Notes: generated from the letters alone by a model not told the origin. 64,000 bases of DNA from Minisyncoccota bacterium (GCA_036399335.1 DASWNF010000009.1:20625-84624), one strand, 5' to 3'. Counted from the stretch's first letter, positions 1 to 8,409 are shown. Numbers and translations are program-made.

Positions 1-1
1 C

Positions 2-466
2 GAGCTCTATCAAATTGGCCGTGGCGAACAGGGCGTACTCATGGTCGAACCGTATAAGTCGGAAATACTTCCGCACTGGCGATTCAAGACGCCCGAGATA
101 GCCCAAGTATCCTCAAAAGCTATATACGGGCTCTTTCTCGCGTACAAGCGCAAGAAGGATTTCGTTGGTATGGACATGGCGCGAAAGTTCCTGCAGATGG
201 GGTACACGCGTGCCTGCCGCTACGCGAACCATGCGTCCGGGAAGAAGTACGAGAAGAACCCACAAAAGGAGCAAACCAAAGAGATGGAGAAGGACGCACG
301 CCACAAGGTGCGACCCCAAGAGGCGGACTGGAAGACGAGCGAGAAGGCCGAGGCGGCGCGCATATTTTATGGGGTTTATGTAAGGGCACGTGAAGACCCG
401 GCATATAAGAAGATGCGGGAAGCGCATAAGGAGATAGAGGCCACGCGCAAGAAGTTCGAAACCTAG
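2..466 (+). CDS. DUF4385 family protein (5' truncated at window edge)
   Basis: Frame open from base 2 (ELYQIGRGEQGVLMVEPYKSEILPHWRFKTPEIA...DMARKFLQMGYTRA), motifs typical of DUF4385; stop codon lies inside the first repeat copy. Confidence 0.85.
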   Translation, partial: ELYQIGRGEQGVLMVEPYKSEILPHWRFKTPEIAQVSSKAIYGLFLAYKRKKDFVGMDMARKFLQMGYTRACRYANHASGKKYEKNPQKEQTKEMEKDARHKVRPQEADWKTSEKAEAARIFYGVYVRAREDPAYKKMREAHKEIEATRKKFET

Positions 467-478
467 TCTGCCAGCAAT
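454..478 (+). repeat. Cassette-boundary repeat, array-start variant (copy 1)
   Basis: GTTCGAAACCTAGTCTGCCAGCAAT; nearly identical to 33173-33197. Confidence 0.75.
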
Positions 479-489
479 AAATAGAGAAA

Positions 490-517
490 CCGCGTAAACG
501 GAATCTCCGTTACGCGG
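490..517. terminator. Hairpin between convergent ORFs
   Basis: CCGCGTAAACGGA-ATC-TCCGTTACGCGG imperfect stem-loop. Confidence 0.5.
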
Positions 518-534
518 CACTACTGCTGAGTCCC

Positions 535-762
535 TCAGGAAGGCTTTTCGTACGCGATGACCACATTCTCGTCCGGGTTAGATTTGTCGGTGATCAGGAT
601 ACGCGCACCACTTCCAGACTTGGCATGTCTGTACAGATCGTCGACCGAAAGCGGGGAAGTGAATTTTGCCCTCTCCTGCTCATCCACATTCTGGCCAAGA
701 ACCGTGCGTGCTGGTCTTTTCATGACCTCTACTCCCTTGCTGCCTGGACAGAACCTTAGCAT
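535..762 (-). CDS. Hypothetical protein (cassette gene)
   Basis: 75-aa ORF filling the interval between repeat copies 1 and 2; no recognisable family. Confidence 0.5.
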   Translation of the reverse strand: MLRFCPGSKGVEVMKRPARTVLGQNVDEQERAKFTSPLSVDDLYRHAKSGSGARILITDKSNPDENVVIAYEKPS

Positions 763-774
763 AGTTGCATAAGG

Positions 775-804
775 GTTCCAACATCGTCCCAGACTGCCAG
801 CAAT
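775..804 (+). repeat. Cassette-boundary repeat copy 2
   Basis: GTTCCAACATCGTCCCAGACTGCCAGCAAT. Confidence 0.9.
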
Positions 805-810
805 TGTTGT

Positions 811-1092
811 ATGCTTGAGTGTATGGAATTTCTATATAAAGCGTTTCTACTATTGTTCTGGATTGGTGTGACTTGGCTATTGTATAGAGCCCTTAGAAGT
901 GGCCACATAATGCAGTTTGGTCAGTATCCGAACCCGGATTATCGTATTGGTTCTAATAATCCTGATCACCACCTCTACCGGCACTGGGACAGGAGCAAGA
1001 ATCCGACTGCTTTCTACGTAACCCTTGTAGGGGTGATTGTTATCTTATTTTCACTCACAGGACTCGCGTTAATGTCTTTTACTCAAAACTAG
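811..1092 (+). CDS. Small two-TM membrane protein (cassette gene)
   Basis: Two hydrophobic segments; stop 1 bp before repeat copy 3; start may be ATG 823. Confidence 0.7.
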   Translation: MLECMEFLYKAFLLLFWIGVTWLLYRALRSGHIMQFGQYPNPDYRIGSNNPDHHLYRHWDRSKNPTAFYVTLVGVIVILFSLTGLALMSFTQN

Positions 1093-1093
1093 G

Positions 1094-1124
1094 GCTCGAA
1101 CATCGTCCCCATTCTTCCAGCAAT
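1094..1124 (+). repeat. Cassette-boundary repeat copy 3 (degenerate)
   Basis: GCTCGAACATCGTCCCCATTCTTCCAGCAAT. Confidence 0.8.
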
Positions 1125-1179
1125 ACTCTTGGTAGCAGGAAGTGTGGCATACTAACGCAGGCAACCGAGGGAGTTGGAC

Positions 1180-1323
1180 ATGGCATATCTGAGTCGCGAT
1201 ATTATCGAAAAAATGCACGAGCTGCGGAAAGGGTACGAGATTATCGAAGATGCCCGTCAGAGGTATGTCGAGAAGGTTCGGGCAGACCGCGCTGAACCAC
1301 CGCTTCCGCTGGAGCTTCCATGA
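1180..1323 (+). CDS. 47-aa small protein (not in ORF track)
   Basis: MAYLSRDIIEKMHELRKGYEIIEDARQRYVEKVRADRAEPPLPLELP; GAGGGAG RBS and TGGCATACT -10-like motif upstream, terminator downstream. Confidence 0.65.
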   Translation: MAYLSRDIIEKMHELRKGYEIIEDARQRYVEKVRADRAEPPLPLELP

Positions 1324-1360
1324 AGTCATGAATCTGAGGCACTGCTCTTTGCAGCTGTTC

Positions 1361-1390
1361 AACCGCCCAAGCACCATGCTTGGGCGGTTT
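1361..1390 (+). terminator. Rho-independent terminator
   Basis: AACCGCCCAAGCA-CCA-TGCTTGGGCGGTT-T. Confidence 0.7.
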
Positions 1391-1401
1391 CGCATACCAT
1401 A

Positions 1402-1431
1402 GTTCCATCATCGTCCCAGACCGCCAGCAAA
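1402..1431 (+). repeat. Cassette-boundary repeat copy 4
   Basis: GTTCCATCATCGTCCCAGACCGCCAGCAAA. Confidence 0.9.
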
Positions 1432-1449
1432 AGCTATATACTTTAGGTC

Positions 1450-2241
1450 ATGATCAACTCATCAGTTCCAGTTCAAAAAATTGGGTCATATTTTGAGATA
1501 GATAACGACGGTTATGTCACGAATCCGAGTTCGCTTGAGAAGCTTCAGGCGGAGTGGAAGCCACTTATTGATGAAGTGGTAGAAGCATATAAGCGTCATT
1601 CTGGAGACACGCTTCACAGCATCTATGTTCGGGGCTCGGTAGCTCGAGGAAAGGCAATAACTGGGATTTCGGACGTCGACAGCTACGCCTACACGACTCA
1701 AGAGGGGAAGCTGGACAAAACCTGGATGAAAGAGGAAGAGGAAACTCTCTTAAAAAGATTTCCCTTTGCGGAAGGTATAGAGTTTTCGCTCGACCTGCTC
1801 AAGTTCGCAGAGGAAGATCACGTTATGCTGGCTCAAAGCGTCTGTCTATACGGCACGGACCTCACGATACAAGCGCCTAAGCTTAAGCCGGGAAGGGATA
1901 TGGTGGTCCATGTCCTCACGCTCGGTAAGCGTCTTGAGTGGCTTGAAAAACGTCTGCAGCAAATCGACAGTGAAGAGGATATTAAAAAGGCCTGCCTCTG
2001 GCTCATGAAGACTTTCTTGCGTTCCGGATTTGAACTCACCATGCCTCTATCCGGTATGTATACGCGTGACCTGTACCCCTGCTACGAGACATTCTCCAAA
2101 TACTATCCGGATCGTGAGTCCCAGATGTGCGAGTTCCTACGTTTGGCTCTTAACCCCATAGCGGATAAGAAGACGCTTAGAGTTATGGCAAGAGAGTTCG
2201 GGGGCTGGCTACAAGAAGAGGCGAAGCGTGTGTATACATAA
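1450..2241 (+). CDS. Nucleotidyltransferase domain protein (Pol beta superfamily; cassette gene)
   Basis: SIYVRGSVARG...SDVD (GS-x10-DxD) motif. Confidence 0.8.
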   Translation: MINSSVPVQKIGSYFEIDNDGYVTNPSSLEKLQAEWKPLIDEVVEAYKRHSGDTLHSIYVRGSVARGKAITGISDVDSYAYTTQEGKLDKTWMKEEEETLLKRFPFAEGIEFSLDLLKFAEEDHVMLAQSVCLYGTDLTIQAPKLKPGRDMVVHVLTLGKRLEWLEKRLQQIDSEEDIKKACLWLMKTFLRSGFELTMPLSGMYTRDLYPCYETFSKYYPDRESQMCEFLRLALNPIADKKTLRVMAREFGGWLQEEAKRVYT

Positions 2242-2243
2242 GA

Positions 2244-2273
2244 GTTCCAACGTCGTCCCAGACAGCCGAAATT
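2244..2273 (+). repeat. Cassette-boundary repeat copy 5
   Basis: GTTCCAACGTCGTCCCAGACAGCCGAAATT, 2 bp after the stop of the preceding gene. Confidence 0.85.
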
Positions 2274-2290
2274 AATGTTCTAATAGCTTC

Positions 2291-2716
2291 ATGCAAGAAA
2301 GGGGGGGCAAGATCATTCGCAACGCCTCAGTCCAATTGGCGATTATCTTTCCTTTTATCTGGTTCGTATTGCTTTCCATACAGGCAGTTCGTGAGGGAAC
2401 GGCGAGCATCTATCTCGAAATGGGATGGCTAGCAGTCCCGCTTAGCTTGCTTATGGCAAGTGATTCGTTCGTAAGGTATACAAAGATAGATTTTGAAAAT
2501 AAAACCATTTCTACTAAAGATGGAATTGGGAATAAGACAATCCTTACCGAGGGGAGTCTTCTAAGGATTATTAAAAAGGGTAGTGCCTATGATCTGGTTT
2601 ATTCAGAAAACGGTGTAGAGAAAACGGTACGGTGGTCGCTCTTCTTTTATGCGCCCAAGAAACAAAAGATGATTGTAGAGACCTTATTAGCGTTTAATCC
2701 ACGTGTCGTTAAATAA
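2291..2716 (+). CDS. Hypothetical membrane protein, 2 TM plus soluble domain (cassette gene)
   Basis: 141-aa AT-rich ORF bounded by repeats. Confidence 0.7.
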   Translation: MQERGGKIIRNASVQLAIIFPFIWFVLLSIQAVREGTASIYLEMGWLAVPLSLLMASDSFVRYTKIDFENKTISTKDGIGNKTILTEGSLLRIIKKGSAYDLVYSENGVEKTVRWSLFFYAPKKQKMIVETLLAFNPRVVK

Positions 2717-2723
2717 GGAAAGG

Positions 2724-2750
2724 GTTCCAGTATCGTCCCAGAGCCCAGCA
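2724..2750 (+). repeat. Cassette-boundary repeat copy 6
   Basis: GTTCCAGTATCGTCCCAGAGCCCAGCA; 26/27 identical to the copy at 33777. Confidence 0.9.
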
Positions 2751-2828
2751 GGGTTGAAGCCGCTAACTTGCAATATAGCCCCAAACCTGTTACGGTATGG
2801 GCACAATCGTTCTCCTAGTTTTGGCGCG

Positions 2829-2935
2829 AGTAGCCCTCAGCCCCGGGATTTTCATCCCACTAAACTCGAGATCGCTTGGATCTCTGATTAACGCACAGAG
2901 TTTACTTAATCCGCCCGGGAGCGTTTCGGGCTACT
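2829..2935 (+). promoter_or_regulatory. Structured 5' leader of DEAD-box helicase
   Basis: Nested helices AGTAGCCC/GGGCTACT, GGGAT/ATCCC, TAAACTC/GAGTTTA, GAGATC/GATCTC. Confidence 0.55.
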
Positions 2936-2948
2936 AGTTTTGACTCAT

Positions 2949-4220
2949 ATGGCAACTGAATATATTCGCCGCACTGACGGCCGCCGTCCTCCGCGTACCG
3001 GAGGCTACAGCCGCGTCGGTTCTACCAGCAAACCCCGTTCTTCATCAGGTGGTGACCGCTCACGCGGTAACTCGGGTAATTCCCGCAGCCGCAGCGGAGG
3101 AGGGAAGCGCAATTACCAGGAGATGTCCGTCGACCTCTCGAAGCTCGTGAACAAGGCCCAACCGGCCGAAGAGGTGGAAGCCTTCAACCCGGTGCACGCC
3201 TTCACGGATTTTCCCATCGACGAGCAGCTTAAGGACAACATCGTCAGCAAGGGCTATGCGCTCCCGACCCCTATCCAGGACCAGTCGATCCCGCACGTGC
3301 TTGCGGGCCGCGACATCGTCGGCATCGCGAACACTGGTACCGGCAAGACGGCGAGCTTCCTCGTGCCGCTCATCGATAAGGTATTGAAGGACCGCCAGGA
3401 ACGCATCCTCATCATGGTGCCGACCCGCGAGCTCGCTATCCAGATTGAAGAGGAGTTCTACGGCTTTGCGAAGCGCCTTAACGTCCACGCCGTTACGTGC
3501 GTCGGCGGTGCAGGCATCGAGCCCCAGCTCCGCGGCCTCCGCAGGAGCCCGAACTTCGTCATCGGCACGCCGGGACGCCTTAAGGACCTGATCGAGCGCC
3601 GCTCGCTTAACCTTTCGTCCTTCGCCACCGTCGTACTCGACGAGGCCGATCGCATGCTCGACATGGGCTTCATCGGCGACATGCGTGAAATCATGGGATA
3701 CATGCCGGAGAACCGCCACACGCTCTTCTTCTCGGCAACCCTGTCCCGCGATATCGAGGCACTCATCGGCGCCTTCCTGAACGACCCGGTACGGGTCTCG
3801 GTGAAGACGCGCGATACGGCCCACACCATCGACCAGGACGTCGTCCGCATCGAAGGCGGCCGCAAGTTTGAGCAGCTCGTTGAGCTCCTCCAGGAGCCCG
3901 AGTTCGACAAGGTGCTGGTCTTCGGACGCACGAAGCACGGCGTCGAACGCCTCGCGAACGACCTCCTGCGCGCAAACATCCCGGCTGAGAGCATCCATGG
4001 CGACAAGACGCACGGACGCCGCCAGAAGGCGCTTGGCCTCTTCAAGCAGGATAAGGTGCGCGTGCTCGTCGCGACTGACGTTGCCGCCCGCGGCCTCGAC
4101 ATCTCCGGCGTCTCACACGTCATCAACTACGACCTGCCAGCGACGTATGAAGACTATACGCACCGCATCGGCCGTACCGGCCGCGCAGGGAAGACGGGTA
4201 AGGCACTTACCTTCATCTAA
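2949..4220 (+). CDS. DEAD-box ATP-dependent RNA helicase
   Basis: ANTGTGKT, PTRELA, DEAD, SAT, HRIGRTGRAG motifs. Confidence 0.97.
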   Translation: MATEYIRRTDGRRPPRTGGYSRVGSTSKPRSSSGGDRSRGNSGNSRSRSGGGKRNYQEMSVDLSKLVNKAQPAEEVEAFNPVHAFTDFPIDEQLKDNIVSKGYALPTPIQDQSIPHVLAGRDIVGIANTGTGKTASFLVPLIDKVLKDRQERILIMVPTRELAIQIEEEFYGFAKRLNVHAVTCVGGAGIEPQLRGLRRSPNFVIGTPGRLKDLIERRSLNLSSFATVVLDEADRMLDMGFIGDMREIMGYMPENRHTLFFSATLSRDIEALIGAFLNDPVRVSVKTRDTAHTIDQDVVRIEGGRKFEQLVELLQEPEFDKVLVFGRTKHGVERLANDLLRANIPAESIHGDKTHGRRQKALGLFKQDKVRVLVATDVAARGLDISGVSHVINYDLPATYEDYTHRIGRTGRAGKTGKALTFI

Positions 4221-4241
4221 CCAAATAGCCCGAAGGTTCAC

Positions 4242-4270
4242 CAAAAGCGCTCGCCCTGCGGGCGCTTTTG
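4242..4270 (+). terminator. Rho-independent terminator
   Basis: CAAAAGCGCTCGC-CCT-GCGGGCGCTTTTG. Confidence 0.75.
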
Positions 4271-4335
4271 TATTGGGGATTAACGGTAACCTCAGCTTTA
4301 GCGGGGTATACTAATCGGGTTCCTAATCAAAACCC

Positions 4336-4620
4336 ATGGAAGACTTTCTCAAAATGGACATTTTCTTCGTCGTCGCTACGGTGGTGATGACGCTTATCGG
4401 CGCGCTTGTCGTAGTCGCGCTCGTCTATGCCGTGCGTTTCCTGCGCACCCTGAACCGCGTCGGCGATGAGTTCGCTGAAGAGGCGAAGGCGATACGTGAG
4501 GATGTGCGCGCAGCACGGGCCCGCGTGAAAGAGGAAGGATTCCGTGCAGCGTCGCTCTTCTCCTTGTTCGGCAAGAGCGTGAAGCGTGCGACGCGCAAGA
4601 AACGTGCGACTAACGAATAA
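4336..4620 (+). CDS. Small membrane-anchored hypothetical protein
   Basis: N-terminal TM helix then charged helical region. Confidence 0.75.
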   Translation: MEDFLKMDIFFVVATVVMTLIGALVVVALVYAVRFLRTLNRVGDEFAEEAKAIREDVRAARARVKEEGFRAASLFSLFGKSVKRATRKKRATNE

Positions 4621-4624
4621 TTTT

Positions 4625-5089
4625 ATGGCATCAAAACAAAAGAAGGGGATGAGTACGCAGACGGTTGTCGGCGTAGGTGCGGGCGTTCTCGCCGCCGCAG
4701 CAGCAGCCGGAGCAGGCTATTACTTCTACGGCGATAAGGACGCAAAGAAGCATCGCCAGGCTGCGAGCAAGTGGGCACAGGGCATGAAGGCAGACGTCGT
4801 GAAGGAAGCGAAGAACCTGAAGAAGCTCGACCAGAAGGCCGTAGCGCGCATCGTCGACCAGGCAGCGGCCATGTACCAGGGAGCGCGTTCCGTCGACCGG
4901 GATGATCTCCGTAATGCCGCGATGGAGCTGAAGCGTAACTGGAAGGAGCTTGCGAGCGAAGTCTCGGTGCCTTCAATCAAGAAGTCAGCAGCAAAGAAAA
5001 CTGCAGCTAAGAAGGCCCCGGCAAAGAAAGCTGCGCCTAAAAAAGCCGCCTCATCTGCGCCTAAGAAGTCCACAAAGCGCGCAAAATAG
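4625..5089 (+). CDS. Hypothetical protein with histone H1-like Lys/Ala-rich tail
   Basis: Ala/Gly-rich hydrophobic N-terminus; KKSAAKKTAAKKAPAKKAAPKK tail. Confidence 0.75.
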   Translation: MASKQKKGMSTQTVVGVGAGVLAAAAAAGAGYYFYGDKDAKKHRQAASKWAQGMKADVVKEAKNLKKLDQKAVARIVDQAAAMYQGARSVDRDDLRNAAMELKRNWKELASEVSVPSIKKSAAKKTAAKKAPAKKAAPKKAASSAPKKSTKRAK

Positions 5090-5138
5090 GAAGTGCTACA
5101 ATAGTTTTATTGTCAGGGAATAACAGATATTTGGTTCT

Positions 5139-5828
5139 ATGGCTTCAGAAAACGTATTTATGGAGCGGTATTTGACCCCGCTCGCCGTACTCCTCGGCGC
5201 CGTGCTCATCACCCTCGGCCTTATCTTCGGTGGTGGCCTCGGTACTTCCGGGACGTCCGACGAGCCTGCGGCAGCTGCCGAAGTCGACGTGAACGACATC
5301 GAGACCGACAACAGCCCGTCCGTCGGACAGAAGGACGCGCCGGTCACGGTCGTCGTGTGGTACGACTTCCAGTGCCGATACTGCAAGCAGTTCGAAAGCG
5401 CGACGCTTTCGGAAGTGGAGAAGAATTACGTAGCGAACGGCCAGGTCCGCATCGTCTACAAGGACTTCCAGTTCCTCGGCCCCGAGTCGATTGAAGCTGC
5501 AATTTACTCGCGCGCCGTCTGGGAGGCACATCCTGACCGCTGGCACGAGTGGTTCAAGCGCATGCTGACCGGCGAAAGCGAGTCGGCTCCGTCGCTTGCC
5601 GGCATGAATGAGATCTCGACGTCGCTTGGCCTCGACGCCGCGCGCATCACGCAGCTCATGAACGACAACAAGGCCAAGTACCAGGAAGCAGTTGACGCAG
5701 ACCGCGACGAAGGCATTAAGTTCGGTGTCGACAGCACGCCAAGCACCGTGATCGGCAAGGCCCTCATCAAGGGAGCCCAGCCTATCGCAACGGTTTCGGC
5801 AGCCATTGACGCAGAGCTAAAGAAATAG
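5139..5828 (+). CDS. DsbA family thiol-disulfide oxidoreductase
   Basis: DFQCRYC CxxC motif, GVDSTPS cis-Pro loop, N-terminal anchor. Confidence 0.9.
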   Translation: MASENVFMERYLTPLAVLLGAVLITLGLIFGGGLGTSGTSDEPAAAAEVDVNDIETDNSPSVGQKDAPVTVVVWYDFQCRYCKQFESATLSEVEKNYVANGQVRIVYKDFQFLGPESIEAAIYSRAVWEAHPDRWHEWFKRMLTGESESAPSLAGMNEISTSLGLDAARITQLMNDNKAKYQEAVDADRDEGIKFGVDSTPSTVIGKALIKGAQPIATVSAAIDAELKK

Positions 5829-5901
5829 TTCACGCGGGGTAAAAGGAAAACGCACGCAGCAATGCGTGCGTTTTCCTTTTGGGGACGGTATCGTACGTCG
5901 T

Positions 5902-6510
5902 ATGGGTACTATCCGTATCGGCGCCGTTTCCGCGCTCCTATTCGTCCTCTTTGCGGGCTTGCTCATATATGCCCCAGGCGTGCTTGCGCGCATCGACCTT
6001 GCCGCAAGCACGCTCGTAGCGCCGCTCCAGACACTCGATGTCATTGAGGCCTTCCTCGTCATTACGGTGCTTGGCGGCGGCGTGGGCGTCATCGTCGTTT
6101 CGGTCGGTGCAATCTATATCGGACGGTTCGGGACTACGGAGGTATTACAGCTGGGAACCGTCCTTGCGGGAGTCTTGTTCGCGAACAAGGTCCTCAAGGA
6201 GGTATTTGTCAGGGCGCGGCCGGAGACCCTTCTTTGGCTTGACCCCATCCCGTCATTTTCGTTCCCCAGCGGGCACGCTACGGCTGCCATCGCGCTCTAC
6301 GGCTTCCTTGCCGTCCTTGCGTACCGACGGACACAAAGGTTGCTTATACCGGCGCTCCTCGTTGCCGTCGGTATTCTTGTTGGGTTGAGTCGGATCGTCC
6401 TCAGCGCACACTACCTCTCGGACGTGCTCGCTGGATTCTTCCTCGGGACGGCGCTCGTGTGCCTTGCGTTTTCGATGCCTGTCGGTCGGCTCGTAGAAAA
6501 GTATGGATGA
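5902..6510 (+). CDS. PAP2 family phosphatase
   Basis: KEVFVRARP, SFPSGH, SRIVLSAHYLSDV motifs. Confidence 0.92.
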   Translation: MGTIRIGAVSALLFVLFAGLLIYAPGVLARIDLAASTLVAPLQTLDVIEAFLVITVLGGGVGVIVVSVGAIYIGRFGTTEVLQLGTVLAGVLFANKVLKEVFVRARPETLLWLDPIPSFSFPSGHATAAIALYGFLAVLAYRRTQRLLIPALLVAVGILVGLSRIVLSAHYLSDVLAGFFLGTALVCLAFSMPVGRLVEKYG

Positions 6511-6937
6511 GGAAACATTTCAGCGCATAGTGGGCGAAGAGTGGGACGCCGTGCCCGCACCTTACCGCGAGCGCATACAGAACGTCGCGCTCCTGGTGGA
6601 AGACGAACCGAACGAGGAGGTCCGGAGGCTGGAAGGGCTTGAAGGTACCGAAACCCTGCTCGGCATCTACCAAGGCGTACCCTTAAGCGAACGCGGTGAA
6701 GGGTATGGGATAGGGGAGGTGCTTCCGGATACCATCACGGTATACCGTCTGCCGACTCTGCTTGAGGCCGAGGATATTCGGCTTGAGACCCGGGTCGATA
6801 GGCTGGAATTCGCTGATATCGTCCGCAGCGTAGTGCGGGATACGATCTGGCATGAGATAGGACATTACTTCGGACACGGCGAGGAAGCCATCATGCATCG
6901 GGAAGAAGAGGGGAAGAACACCTATCCGGTGGTTTGA
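6503..6937 (+). CDS. Zincin-like minimal metallopeptidase
   Basis: LLGIYQG...PDTITVYR...HEIGHYFG. Confidence 0.88.
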   Translation: MDEETFQRIVGEEWDAVPAPYRERIQNVALLVEDEPNEEVRRLEGLEGTETLLGIYQGVPLSERGEGYGIGEVLPDTITVYRLPTLLEAEDIRLETRVDRLEFADIVRSVVRDTIWHEIGHYFGHGEEAIMHREEEGKNTYPVV

Positions 6938-7047
6938 GGACTATCCCCACCTGGCGGGCGTTCAGGTTAACCTCATCATTAGGGAGCTATACTTAGCCTA
7001 ATGATAGGGCTTAGCCCATATCAGTACTTATCACGTTAACCACACTT

Positions 7048-7443
7048 ATGGCTAAAACGCTCGCAATCGTGTTCGGTATCGTGTTTGTGCTTGTGGCGGT
7101 CCTCGGCTTTGTCGACAGCGGTATCGCTGGCGAGAACGGGATCTTCCAGACGGACACGCTCCATGACCTTGTGCACCTTATCTTGGGCCTCATCCTCCTC
7201 GTTGTTGCCTTTACGGCACCAGCACGCTCGGCTGCATGGCTTAAGATCCTTGGTATCGTGTACCTCGTGCTCGCCGTACTCGGCTTCCTCACCATCCCTG
7301 AAGGCGGTGAGCTCCTCGGCCTCGTACTCATGAACACGGCGGACCACTGGCTCCACGTCGTCCTCGGTATCGCTCTCATCCTCGCCGGCATGGCAGGACG
7401 GAAGAACGATGTCTCCGGCGGCATGCCCGCAAGCTCGATGTAG
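7048..7443 (+). CDS. DUF4383 family membrane protein
   Basis: Four TM helices; LHDLVHL and NTADHWLH motifs. Confidence 0.8.
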   Translation: MAKTLAIVFGIVFVLVAVLGFVDSGIAGENGIFQTDTLHDLVHLILGLILLVVAFTAPARSAAWLKILGIVYLVLAVLGFLTIPEGGELLGLVLMNTADHWLHVVLGIALILAGMAGRKNDVSGGMPASSM

Positions 7444-7551
7444 GTCTTCCTACTCGGACACTATAAGAAAGCGGCGCCTTTGGCGCCGCTTTCTTCGTAT
7501 ACGTAAGAAGACCCGGAGTGTGGGTCCGGGTCTTGGGGTGGTGGGTTGAGG

Positions 7552-7776
7552 TTAAGGAGCAGGGTAGGGGGCGTGGGGGAGGGAGAATTGGGGGCGGTCG
7601 GATAGTGAGGTGGTGGTGGCAGCGTGTTCGATAATGGTGGTAGCAGTGAGCGCGCTAGCCTGGGCACCTTCGAGAAATACGATCGCCGTTTGTTCTCCCT
7701 CATGAAGAACGTTTGGAAGCATGAGCCTGAGGACGATAAGCAGTACGCCGAACCCGAAAGCCTTGAAGAGTGGCAT
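7552..7776 (-). CDS. Small hypothetical membrane protein
   Basis: MPLFKAFGFGVLLIVLRLMLP... hydrophobic N-terminus. Confidence 0.55.
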   Translation of the reverse strand: MPLFKAFGFGVLLIVLRLMLPNVLHEGEQTAIVFLEGAQASALTATTIIEHAATTTSLSDRPQFSLPHAPYPAP

Positions 7777-7920
7777 AAGGGGAAAGCTAGGGGTAAGCCG
7801 CAAGACGAAGTCTGGCGGCGAGACAAGATGCCTTGTCTCCTGCGTAGGTCTTCGAGGTCCATCTCCCTCTACCCCTTAGAACCAGCCGCGGGAGGGTGAG
7901 GTTTCAGGTATAGTGGGCAT

Positions 7921-8394
7921 ATGAAAAAAGCTTATTTTGCAGCCGGATGCTTCTGGGGGGTCGAGCACGCCTTCCGGCAAGTGCCGGGCGTTATCGAGAC
8001 GGTGAGCGGGTACATGAACGGAAAGACCGAGCACCCGACGTATCGGGACGTATGCTCGGGAACGACTGGCCACGCGGAAGCCGTCGAGGTCACCTATGAC
8101 CCGGAAGCCGTTACCTATGAGGCCCTGGTCCGAAAGTTCTTTACGCTCCATGACCCGACCCAGCTGAATCGCCAGGGGCCGGATGTCGGCACGCAGTACC
8201 GTTCAGGCATTTTCTATGGCACTGACGAGGAGCGTGAGGTCTCCGAGAGCGTGAAGAAGGAGCTTTCGTCGGCCTACCCGCAGCCAATCGCAAGCGAGGT
8301 TACCCAAGCAGCGACATTTTATCCTGCAGAGGAGTATCACCAACGCTACTTTGAGAAGAATCCGGGGCGCGCCGCGTGCCACCTTGGTACTTAG
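7921..8394 (+). CDS. msrA: Peptide-methionine (S)-S-oxide reductase
   Basis: AAGCFWG, GHAE, DVGTQYRS, AEEYHQRY. Confidence 0.97.
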   Translation: MKKAYFAAGCFWGVEHAFRQVPGVIETVSGYMNGKTEHPTYRDVCSGTTGHAEAVEVTYDPEAVTYEALVRKFFTLHDPTQLNRQGPDVGTQYRSGIFYGTDEEREVSESVKKELSSAYPQPIASEVTQAATFYPAEEYHQRYFEKNPGRAACHLGT

Positions 8395-8409
8395 GGTTAT
8401 ACTTTCCGT

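Noticed and set aside
1069-1395. 108-aa minus-strand ORF
   Set aside because: Runs through a repeat and a terminator; the plus-strand 47-aa ORF has RBS, promoter-like motif and terminator
454-2750. CRISPR array (repeat is ~30 bp and starts GTTCCAA like some CRISPR repeats)
   Set aside because: Intervals are 300-840 bp and contain genes, copies are too divergent, and there are no cas genes in the window
454-2750. Classical integron attC array or pdif modules
   Set aside because: No RYYYAAC/GTTRRRY palindromic attC structure, no XerC/D inverted arms, no intI in window
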